NCBI GenBank assembly: GCA_035084275.1
Contig: CM068748.1
Coordinates: 9,672,001-9,736,000 of the forward strand
Length of the DNA: 64,000 nt
Reading direction: 5' to 3'
Source of the DNA: Hydrolagus colliei
Lineage: Eukaryota
In this document: positions 1 through 10,977 of the stretch, in pieces
Layout of the letters: every line of letters starts with the position of its first letter
Numbering within the stretch: position 1 is the first letter of the stretch
Position numbers and translations under genes: made by a program
The notes under the pieces: generated by a model
What the model was told of the DNA's origin: nothing
The model's database searches: none
What the model saw: only the letters and a program-made list of their open reading frames with translations

Positions 1-1217
1 AGTATAATTGCTGTACCTAAATGGTTTGCACATTCACTTTCAAATATGCAGTCAATACACCTTACAGCAAACAACTTGTCAAAATTAGAGGCAATGTATC
101 AAATGCAAGTAGTATTATATACATATGATTATTGTGATTCTCACTTGTGATGTTCACATATGAATCAGTGTACTGTAAAATGACTGGTCTTCTATCAGAT
201 TCTTCTTCCTTCCATTACCAGTCACTGTTGTGGGCAGAATGGAATTACCCATCTATTGGAATACGCACTGTACCTACAGGAATTAATGCTGAAACAGATT
301 CATTGCTGATCGCTATACATGTTTGAACTGTTGCATTGTAGGCGTGTTTAAACATAGAGATGACAGTGGCTGTTCTCCCACGTTTTTTCGATTTTGTTCT
401 TCCTCCATTACAGACACTATGCCCCACACATCTTTCCATATACTGGGCAAATGGCCAAGAAACAGTTGTGTAAATTCCCATACCAATATTGCAGTATTAC
501 TCATTCATCAGATAGCATTCTTGCTGTAGATTAAGATTTGTTGTTGGGTTTCCTCACCTTGTATTTAGGATTAAAAACTAATGCACTTCTTTTAAATTGG
601 TATAACATCTAAATTTACACTAACATTTACATATAACACAGAACTTAACTTACATCTGAATATTACGAAGTGAATGCTTCAATCCTTACATTGTCAAACG
701 ATACAATCTATATATTGATTTAGGATTATTAATTAATTACAGTAAACTGCTGATAAATTGTCAATTCAAGGAAAAGGACTCAATGATGAGTTATCCAGAT
801 TGGTGAGTTAGGCATATGTATAAATACATAAATAAATGTTATGATGATATTGACAGCATGGTGATTTAAGCGGTAGTGACAACTGAAGACAGGATCGGAT
901 TATCAGGACTTCACTGTATAATAAGAAGTTTGTTTTTGAAATTTTCTGAAGAATACCTCTCCAGACACTAAGGTTTGTGACTAGGTGTGTTTCACATACC
1001 ATTCCATACTATTACATTTTAGGACTTGCTACTGATTGTATTAATACATGCTGTTGCTGCTGCTGATCCACACACTGTCAACCCTGGCAATACTGCATCA
1101 TTCATTTACATGCCTAATAATAATCCGTCCAAAAAACCCCCTCACAATAATAAACAAAAGCAAAAGTTGCTGGGGAAACTCAGCAAGTCAGGCAGCATCC
1201 ATGAAGACAGGAAAAAC

Positions 1218-1252
1218 AGTCAACGTTTCGGGTCTACAACCCTTCGTCAGAA
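1218..1252 (-). ncRNA. Minimal type I hammerhead ribozyme motif (predicted, mirror copy)
   Basis: Reverse complement is identical to 1263-1297; 3-bp stem I GUU/GAC using flanking base 1253. Confidence 0.65.
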
Positions 1253-1262
1253 CGAAGAACCC

Positions 1263-1297
1263 TTCTGACGAAGGGTTGTAGACCCGAAACGTTGACT
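1263..1297 (+). ncRNA. Minimal type I hammerhead ribozyme motif (predicted)
   Basis: CUGACGA, stem II GGGU/ACCC, GAAAC-GUU with a loopless palindromic ACGU stem III; stem I weak. Confidence 0.65.
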
Positions 1298-1844
1298 CTT
1301 TTTCCTTTCTCCATGGATGCTGCCTGACCTGCTGAGTTTCCCAGCCACTTTTGTTTTTGTTTCAGATTCCCAGCATCTGTAGTATTTTGTGTTTTGCCCC
1401 ACAATAATAAAATTGGTCATTTCAATCCATGACTGTTTGTAGAACACTGCTGTGCATAATTGGCTGCCGCGATTCGCCCACAAATTTACAGTATATTCTG
1501 TATATTTACAGTATATTCTGTGAAGCACTTTGGGGTGAAAAGCGTTATTTCAAATGCAAGGATTATTATTATTATTAGATTGATTAATAGATCTATGACT
1601 GGGGAAAATCTTGTGAAATCGAAGGAACAATGAATATACATTCAAGAATTCCATTTCCCTTCCAGCATTACCAATGTGACATTGCATCAGTTGAGTACTC
1701 AGCCCTTCCCAAACTTCACAGTCTTGAGAGATTCAATTTACAGGAAAACTAGAGCAAGGGAGAGACTATGTATGTCATAGACTGTATACTGTGGGATACT
1801 AAACATTCAATATATTGAATACTAAACATTCAATATACTTGTAT

Positions 1845-2108
1845 TGTTCTATTTTCATCCTTCAGATAAAATGGTAAATTGAGCTCCCATCTGTCTTTTT
1901 TAGTGGATGCTAAAGATCCCATGGCACTATTCATAATTAGAAGGGAGATTCTTCAGTGTCCTAGCCCAAAATCCCCCAAATAACATTGGTCACTCACTCC
2001 ATGGCTGTTTGTGGGACATTGATGGTGCAATTTGCTGCCACATTTTACTCCACTGTACACACTCAATCCACTTTACAGTATATCCTATGAAGTGCTTTGA
2101 GACATCTC
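1845..2108 (+). mobile_element. Deu-domain SINE fragment
   Basis: GTGGATGCTAAAGATCCCATGGCACTATT is Deu-domain-like; followed by the shared 3' region. Confidence 0.6.
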
Positions 2109-2111
2109 GTA

Positions 2112-2424
2112 GTGGAGTCCTGTAGCTCAGTAGTTAGAGCACTAGCTTACAAGTGTGAGACCTGTGTTTCGAATCCAGGCAGGTCAGGGCGAAACCTTGG
2201 GCAAATTTCCTTACTCCACACTCCTAATAATCCCTCAAAAAAAACCACAATAATAAAATTGGTCATTTTAATCCACAACTGTTTGTGGGACACTGCTGTG
2301 CGCAACTGGCTGCCACATTTTGCCCACAAATATGCAGTTAATTCATTTTATAGTATATTCTGTGAAGTGCTTTGAGACGTCTAGAAATGTGAAAAGCACT
2401 ACATCAAATGCAAGGATTATTATT
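2112..2424 (+). mobile_element. Full-length tRNA-derived SINE (major family)
   Basis: tRNA-like head with A box (TAGCTCAGTAG) and B box (TTCGAATCC), body, L2-like tail, (ATT)n. Confidence 0.9.
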
Positions 2425-2669
2425 AATTCCCATATAACAGGTAGACAGAAATATATATAATCTATAATAACAATAATCCTTGCAGTTTCACAATCATAAT
2501 CCTCCCCCATCACTACCCAGAAGTATCAATTATGATCTTATATCCTTACATGGAGCTTGGACCCACAACCTTCTGACTCAGAGGAGAGCATCACTTACAG
2601 TCAAGCTCACAGCAATTATGGGGATGAATTCATCCAGTTGTGTTAGCATGTGACAGACAAGTCTCACTT

Positions 2670-2911
2670 TAGAACTCCATCCCACAATCCCTTCGCCTTG
2701 CTCCTCCCTTGCCTACTTTAAGGCCAGTCTCAAGACCGCCCCACTTTTCGACCGTGCCTCCCTCCTACCTCTCTGCTCTCCTTCATTCCAACACTGAACC
2801 CCCACTCATCCCCTAAACACCCCTGACCGCTGACTGTTCAATGCCTTGGGACGTCCTCCCGATGTGAAAGGCGCTCTTCAAATGTAATTTTGTTGTTGTT
2901 GTTGTTGTTGT
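2670..2911 (+). mobile_element. L2 LINE 3' end
   Basis: Homologous to the 25.2-25.9 kb copy; stem-loop tail plus (TTG)n. Confidence 0.8.
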
Positions 2912-3437
2912 AATACATGTTGATCATTAGCACTTTTTCCCCTTTTATTTGGGATGTTTTCTTTCCCAGCTTTGTTCCTCAAGTCAGTAGAAAAACATAC
3001 GTTTTACTAGTTGGTCCCAGGTCCCCACAATTGGAAGAAGGTCGATCATATTGTGGCCTCATATGATTTTGGCTTTTTAAAGAAACTAGATCACATATGG
3101 AGATGGGGTGAAGAGAAAGATTGAAAGGACACTAAAGAGAGATCACATAACAAATGGTTCATGGCTATCCACTGTTGTTCAGAGTCAGGCTTATTCAGAT
3201 ATACAAGTATCTTGGTGCAGGCCTTTCTTAATGTATAAAATGTTTCCTTTTCCCAACCCTCTCCTATCCTCACACCTGTCCATGACCAAGCAGGCAATAA
3301 TCGAAAATGGCAGGCAGCATTTTAGTTCAATCCTGAGGAACTTGGTTTCCGATTAAATGTCCCCATCATTATGCTTGCAAACTGTGGGGTGATTATATTT
3401 ATACTTTATTTTACCCAAAGGTTATATATTATATACA

Positions 3438-3770
3438 CAGTAAAACCATGATAATCCGGTACGGTTGGGCCCGCTCACCTCCCGGATTTCAGAGTTTGTC
3501 GGTGTTTACGAACCTACCTAGAAATGGCTGGGGAAGCCCTGCCCCATATACCTCGTGTGCTTAAACATAGCACAGAAGCCAAATAATGCCCGAGCTCCAA
3601 CCACAGCGCCGGATGACAGAACGGCCACACAGGGAACTACAAGCAGCTGTTCCAAACTTCAGGAGATTAGCTGGACATCGGAAAAAAAAATCTAATAATG
3701 TTGTATTTTGAAATCTTGCTGCTTTTAGGGAGTTGCCGGCTTTTGGAATGTTGGATTTGCGGTTTTACTG
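3438..3770. mobile_element. Tigger/pogo-like MITE
   Basis: TIRs CAGTAAAACC / GGTTTTACTG; TA on the right flank, CA on the left. Confidence 0.65.
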
Positions 3771-3826
3771 TACAGTATATAAAAATATTGAATAGAATTT
3801 CCATCCACCCGCGGAAGTGGTTTATA

Positions 3827-4414
3827 ATTTGACACAGCACCGTTCACATCAAAATGTCACCAAGTGCTTCACAGGATTTTACTGTAAAGTAAATGATTGT
3901 AATTGTAGGCAAAAGCAGCAGTCACTTTGCACATGGCAACATCCTATAGTCATAAGACAAATGACTAATCCTTTATTTCGGGAGATTGTTGGCCAGGACA
4001 TTGGAATAAATTCCCTTTTTGAACAGTGTCATAGGATCTTTTAGATTCATCTCAACAGGCAGATGGAACCTTAGTTTAAATTCGCACCTGAAGAACAGCT
4101 CCTCATAACATTCAGTGTCCACCCACCATTCAATCAGGACCAGTGGTGGTTAACTGTTTCAGTCGGCCAACTAAATAATTTTTCCTTTATTTATGGCCAT
4201 GCCATGGGTATCATGGCTCAGTAACTACTGAAAATACAGCATTGACTTGTCTGGACAACTGCACATGTACAACAGATCATTTCATGATAACCCCAAAGCG
4301 GCCAAATAGGTTGGCCACCACTGGTCTAGACGATGAGTTTTAAGTCACAATCTAGGGTTTGAACCCACAAACGTTTAAGAAGCGAGAGTGCTACCAATTA
4401 AGCCAGGTTCACAC
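3827..4414 (-). mobile_element. Deu-domain SINE interrupted by a hAT MITE
   Basis: Tail, Deu-like body and tRNA-like head (GGGTTTGAACCCAC...GAGAGTGCTACCAA) on the minus strand. Confidence 0.65.
4141..4323. mobile_element. hAT (Charlie-like) MITE
   Basis: TIRs CAGTGGTGGTTAAC / GTTGGCCACCACTG; degenerate 8-bp TSD ATCAGGAC / GTCTAGAC. Confidence 0.65.
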
Positions 4415-5009
4415 CTGATTTCATCAGAGTAGACATCTCAGACAGATTGAGGCACTTCCAATGTAAGTTACTATTTGCATAGCTAAGATTGATTATTAAG
4501 GAATCCCATTAAAAAATACCATAAATCAGACCCCAAACTCCATATTGATTTTAGCTCAGCTGACGCATAACCCAGATTTGGTAATAACTTTGCAAAGTGG
4601 AACAGCTTATTTGCAGCTGTTCACAATCTTTTGTCTGAAAGAAGCCTGTACATCTGCCAGCACCTCCAACATGTTTCATTACAGTGTTCATTGGAGAATA
4701 ACTTTAAGCCCATTTATGTGACAGCATTTTGATGGAGCCAAATTGACCCTGTCGATTAGAAATACAAGTCAGGCACAGATAATGGGGAACCCCTTATAGG
4801 AACATCAAGGTGTCTGAATGTTTGTACCGATGTGGATTTAATTAGGCTGCTGCCACAGAGATGGAATTTAATTGAAGCTCTGCCAATTGCTGAATAAAGT
4901 GATGATTAAAACAAAATAACTGGCATTATGAGGATGTTAAAATATTTTTACAATTACTCTTGTAAATGGAGCTCAGCTCACATTTCTCTCTAGACTTGAA
5001 GCAGTAAAA

Positions 5010-5850
5010 GGTATGCACCCACATATCTCTCCTAAATAGCATGAGAGCACGCCACAGGAACAAATTCATAATCAATACTGCTCACTCCCGCACAAGTAGG
5101 AATTTAGTGTGCCTCATCAGCTATAAGAAATGCACATAGTTGCTGTGTGGGGGAAACCGAAGGGCAACTGAAATCCTGTCTGAATTTTGTAGGCGCACAA
5201 TAAATATAAACTCGCTTCGGGCAGCACAATTCTGAACCAGTGATAAACTTCATCAGTAACAGGTCTCAAACAGCTTTAGTAATCACATGAAAAGAGAACT
5301 CAAAAACTCAGATTTATACAACTGTTCCACTCCATTACTTTCTTCGCATCAATATAATATGGTCTCTTTTGGTTACATTATTTGACTAAATTACTTATCT
5401 ATGATTTGCATTCATCTTTTGCTCGACTATTTTCTTTCCCAAATTTTCCCTTTGATTTCTTCTTTAGCCTACTGGCCCAGGTCATAAGCATCGACAGATC
5501 ACAATCTTAAACTATGATCTAAAAATAGCAGTCAGTCAATAAACTAAACTTTAAATTTAAAATACAAGCTTGGGTATTACCACTTTAATGTTGTTTGTAA
5601 AATGCAAATGTGGTACGTAAAAAGGCAGTACTTTTCACAATGCTCTCTGTCTTTCCACACCTCCCACGTATGCATAAATGTTCGCAAACTGTGCAGAAGT
5701 TACAGATGTGTTTGTCACAATGAAAGCCTTAAAGGTTGCAATGCAGTGGCAATTCCTGCTGGGACTGCCAGATTCTCATAGACTTGAATTCTGCACATTG
5801 CGCCCACACTCACAATGCAAGATAAAAAGCATCCTTTTGTCTTTGTGAAA
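5010..5850. promoter_or_regulatory. Candidate enhancer with EGR/Krox20 and SOX motifs
   Basis: Six EGR-like 9-mers and three CACAATG in non-repeat DNA; function inferred. Confidence 0.45.
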
Positions 5851-8500
5851 TAAGTGTCAAATACAGCAAGAGGATTATGCTGCAAGGCAATTAATCAGTT
5901 ATGGTGGTTTTCTACTTTGATCAGGTGAAGAACAAACAGAAGAAAATTGAACAGATTGCTAAACAAAGGAAGTTCCTTTATTTATAATAACCAAAATGCT
6001 GATAAAACACATTATACCAATCTACAGAAAGAAGTGCATAGTTTATGGCACAATCCTTCAGCAGCCTTTATTTATTAGTTCAAAGTAGTTATAATTTATT
6101 TGGATAAAGGAGCATATAATTCAATCGTAATATTACAACATAGATTTGGACAATATAAGCATTCTTGATTTTCCCAATTTTTTCAGAATCGACATTCGTT
6201 AGGTGCATAACAAGATGCTAAATATGCATTCTGTGATCAACGACTTACTTTGGGATTTCTTATCCCACAAACAGTATAACTTGAAAAAGGAAAGTTCTGA
6301 ATGGTATTCATTTTATACGCATTTTGTTAAGTTTGCTAAGTCAAGGGATGCTTTTGAAAAAGACATCTGCAATACATCAGCTACATTTCCTATTTAACAC
6401 TGATCTGAGTACATTTGAAAGTGGTTACATTAATTTGACCTCATCCCTGAACAGATAAGATTTGAGTCCCTTGGTAGTAGTGGTGGGAAGATTTATCAAT
6501 TGTGTTTCCATTGGTGAAAACGATAAACAGCAAAATGTTTAAAGTGACATTCTGGGCCTTCAATTAGCATTTGAGCTCATTGTAGCCCAATTTAGTCCAG
6601 TCATCTGGAGTGAAGAGAAACTTGTCTGGATGGAATTCCTTTATTGCAATCATTAAGTGCGCATCCTGATAGATTTGTTCAAGAAGTGGGACTGATACTC
6701 TCTTTGGATGTTATGCAGACAGCACCATCTCACTCTCATGGCTAAGGAAGATAATGTGGGAACAGGGGCTGAAGGGACAGAGGACGGAGAAATAAAGAGA
6801 AAAACTTTTGTGAGGAAGTCCTTTGTCAAAACATTACTCTGGTAGAGAAAGAACATATGGATACCCATCTGTCATTTCCCATTGCTGAGGATCAACAGCA
6901 CAAAAGTAATCAGAACACATGCAAACAATCAATAATAAACATTTCTAATACTGTATGAAGGTGTTTAGAGGTGACCAGTAAGAGAAAACGAGAAACACAG
7001 AAGCTATTTGAACAATCGAAACCAAATCATTTATCGGGGACCAATTAGTTCTAATAATTCCAAACTGAAAACCAAATGAAGAACAACCTTCAACAATTGA
7101 TGAAATGGAACAATGAATGCACAAAGACATGTCCTATCTTCTCTAGTCCATGACCCATATTGGTTCCACAGCATAATGCAGCCCTGTCAGAGGTCCACCC
7201 ACACCGAATACTTTCAAACCATTGAAGTGAGCATCTATATCCTTTGATTAATTGACACATGACTGCATTAATTACTTGAATACCTAAATGCCTATCCAAA
7301 GTATGTAGACTTGAATGAATTTCAGAAAACACTTTCTTATAATGCAACATTTGGAGCATTAGGACATTCTGTGTTTGAATTGCGCTTTGTTTCAGAAGGT
7401 AGAGAGTGATTTGTTTTGTTCAGGGGAATATCTTTGGTTCCAGAAAAGCAAAACTTTCTACCAATGTATTGGAAATACATTGACAATGAAACAAACTGAT
7501 TAAGATTGTGGAGAGCATTACAATGTTTGTAAATTCTGCACTGATTAAGTGCAGAAACAGTAATAGAGAAATTTATCCATTTGTAAATTCAACAATGCAA
7601 TATTTTTAACAGAGAGTAAAAGCTACTTTAATGTAACAGATCAATAAAAGCCTAGTGTAGAAAATCAAAAGTATAAGTGAAAATGCACATTTGAATAGAA
7701 ACAACTAATAATGAGAACCATCACTTAATATGAGGATCATATCATATTAATATCACATTGCATGCTAATCACATGAATACGGTTTTAGGATCATACTACA
7801 ATACTCTTATTAAATGTTATATCTGAGATGGAAACAAGACAGAAGATGTTGAGACTTACTTTTCATTGAATTAGAATTTAAGAATCTTTCTTCAAAAGCC
7901 CGAGGAATATCCAGAGATGTTTGAGTAACATCTTCACATCATTCTGCTTCATACATGATCACATTATCTTGTTTGATACAATCATGGTTCAGCAGTATTT
8001 ACGGATAGCTGCTATCCTTCTGGTGTAGAAGACAACTGTCCCACGACTGAACAAACTTTTTATTCAGCAGCGTACTGCAGTGAAGGAGTAGCAGTTGGAG
8101 ATTCCTGAAAAAACTCTCTCGAAATGAAGGAGTTCTTTCCATTTCATCCTATGTAACTGAAGTCTTGACATTGAAATTGTCATGGTAATTGACCTGCTCT
8201 GTACACCCAGGACTCCTTCCATTTCACAAAGAACAACTCCATTGTGATCAGGAATTGGAGGTTTGAATTTGAACACCAGAGTGGTCAATTTGTGGCTTGA
8301 TGGAAAGCACATTGTTTTGAACATAAAGAACCACTATCTGAAAGCTGCATCAGTGGTATATTCTACCCTAAAAGCTACAGAAGTACAACTCTTCAATTTC
8401 CACAAAGGGATCTTTAGAAAACTATGAAGCATCAACGTGTGCAAGAAGTAAGAATAAGGAAGACTGCTCTTTTTATCTTTAGCACAAAATTTAAAACATG

Positions 8501-8822
8501 AATAATAATAATCCAATTGCATTTGTTATAGTGCTTTTCACGTCTCCTAGACATTACAAAGCGCTTCACAGCATATACTGTGATACAATATAGTGAATGG
8601 ACTGTATATATGAGGGCGAAACGGGGCACCCAATTGTGCACAGCAGTGTTGCACAAACAGTTGTGGATTGAAATGACCAATTTATTATTGTTTCTATTTT
8701 GAGGGATTATTATCAGGCGTGTGGAGTAAGGAAAATTGCCCAAGGTTTCACCCATGCCTGGAATTGAACCCAAGTTTCTCGTTTGCAAGGTGAGCGCTCT
8801 AACCACTGAGCTACAAGGCTTC
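8501..8822 (-). mobile_element. tRNA-derived SINE (major family)
   Basis: Reverse-complement match to 2112-2424. Confidence 0.88.
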
Positions 8823-10667
8823 TTGTTCCAGGAGTCAGTTAGCAACCAGTGAAGAATGGAGACTGAAATTAACAGGGCACATGAGGGAGACCCGCAGGCT
8901 GGTAATGGCAATCTCACTATTGGGATCAGCCACCAGCTTCTCTTTCCCTTGCAAATTTTTGCACTTAAAAATAAGAGCAATTGCAGCTCAAGTATTAAAA
9001 TACCCCCTTATATACTTTAGTGTTAATTTTCTATATTCGATAGTGTTTTTCTCAAGCAATATATCAAAGACATCTAATGGAGAATCTGCAAATTTGACAA
9101 AAACTAACATAAATCTTAAAAGTATCATGACATGGTAACAAGTAAAGTACTGTACATTAAATTTAACCATAAGTACACGTATCCAACTTCCTTAGTAGCA
9201 AATTGGAGGGCTGAAATAGAAATGTTCTGCTTTCTTACATGCAGTCATTTATTCACATTTCACATAGTCCTGAGTGGTCCTGGCCAGCATGAATAAACTT
9301 AGCTTTTGTCCTCAAAGCATAAGGTTTTGCAGAGGTTTTGTAGATACATAAATCAACCAGTTACCAATGCAGTAATGATAAACCAATGAATTAAATATTA
9401 CTCTACATAGAAATACTCAGAATTCACTGGTGTTGAAGAAGGACACTATTCGTCTTCTCAGAGCTTAAGCTTGACTTTATATCCTAATTAGGCTAGAGAA
9501 CCTGATCTGGATCAACAAACTAAAGGCTCAAGAAACCTACTTGTTTCCTATGCTTAGTTAGGAAGACTTTGAGGGTGTGGAGAGGAAAGGGGTGAGTGAA
9601 ATGGCTTTGAGCACTTACCAGTCTTGAGAAACACTGCATTAGGTCCTTTTCAGTCTCATCAACTGATGCTTTCCTAAAGTTCCTTGAAATTTTTGGCACA
9701 ATTCCCGAAAGTCCTACACAAGAGGAACACACTCAAGGCATCAGGAACACTCATCCTTTACAGGGAAAACTTACAGGAATCACATGCAGATGTCCTCAAT
9801 TATTATAATTAATGACCATTACAAAGATTAATTGTGGTTTGCCCATATTTAACATTAGCTGGTAAATGATATCCTTGGGATAAGCACTGTTGCTGACCTT
9901 GCGCCTCACAATTCCATGCCTTCACTTGGGCTGAGGAGCTGCCTCAATGGCATAAATTAATCCAAAGAACATTCGAGTTTAGAAAAAAAATCAATACCAG
10001 CTGAAAGCTGTTGTGGACTCACCTGTTTCTTATTTTCCATCAAAGTTACCTCAGGTTCAACTTTCAGATAAGTCCAAAGGCAAATTCTGTATTTCTCTTC
10101 AGAGATACTCTCCAATATACCATTTACTCACATTTTTACAATGGATCTCTTGGAGGTTAAGAACACTATAACTATAGCCAGCAGGAGATGTTTAGTCAAT
10201 GTTTTGATATTATGTAGATGGTTGAAGTAATTTATACTGTGAATACTCGCTCTTATATTATTTTTCTCCTTCAAAGAAAAAGCCATTGTAAATCACTCGC
10301 TTCAGATCATTACCCACTTTATGTGAGGGAAAATATGAATTCTGAATACTATTATATGTTTCTTTTAATGTATTTTTCGTAAATGTTCAGATTTTTTAAA
10401 TTGCCAATGCTTTACTAAATTCAAACCAATATACATTGTTTTTAACAACAGTGATTGTAGTAAATCGTTTTATGTTCTGTAAAAAAATGGAAAATAGGAA
10501 TAGTATGCAGTTCAGTACTAATAATTAGCATTCCGGATAATTATCCCAAGTAGTTTAGCAACTTTTTTTGGATGTAACAATTCTTTGGATAAAGACAACC
10601 AGGGTCCCATTTCTGATTGCTATCTAATAATGCCCCATGTTAGCTTTGTGTGTGTTTGGCGATTGGG

Positions 10668-10977
10668 TAATAATAATAATAATCATCCTGTATTTGATTT
10701 AGTACTTTTCACATCTTCTAGACATCTCAAAGCACTTCACGGGATATACTGTAAAGTTAATTGACTGTATATTTGCGGGTGAATTGCGGCAGCCAATTGC
10801 ACACAGCAGTGTCTCACAAACAGTCGTGGATTGAAGTGACCAATTTATTATTTTTTTCTTGAGTGATTATTATCAGGTGTGTGGAGTAAGGAAACTTGCC
10901 CAAGGTTTTCACTCTGACCTGCTGGCAATCAAATCCAGGTCTCTTGTAAATCGAGTGCTGTAACCACTGAGCTATAA
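10668..10977 (-). mobile_element. tRNA-derived SINE (major family)
   Basis: Reverse-complement match to 2112-2424. Confidence 0.88.

Larger units (their letters stand above)
1152..1399. mobile_element. Palindromic non-autonomous Penelope-like mini-element with hammerhead cores, nested in a SINE
   Basis: Inverted arms 1152-1252 and 1263-1362; CTGACGA...GAAACGTT on both strands; flanking direct repeat CACAATAAT(AAA) at 1143 and 1400. Confidence 0.8.
1109..1576 (+). mobile_element. 5'-truncated tRNA-derived SINE interrupted by the palindromic element
   Basis: SINE body resumes after the TSD; AAATGCAAGG(ATT)n tail. Confidence 0.8.

Noticed and set aside
180-560. Complex sequence with three short ORFs
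   Set aside because: Stops in all frames, no consistent splice sites, no recognisable homology.
1796-1837. Two-copy 19-bp direct repeat (a similar case at about 30463-30513)
   Set aside because: Local slippage duplications; not CRISPR-like and with no evidence of function.
2112-2190. tRNA-like sequences, many copies
   Set aside because: These are SINE heads, always followed by the SINE body, with no convincing cloverleaf.
4791-4800. CArG-like CCCTTATAGG (also CCTATAAATGG at about 17159)
   Set aside because: Neither matches CC(A/T)6GG exactly.
8432-8980. 182-aa ORF
   Set aside because: It runs through a SINE.
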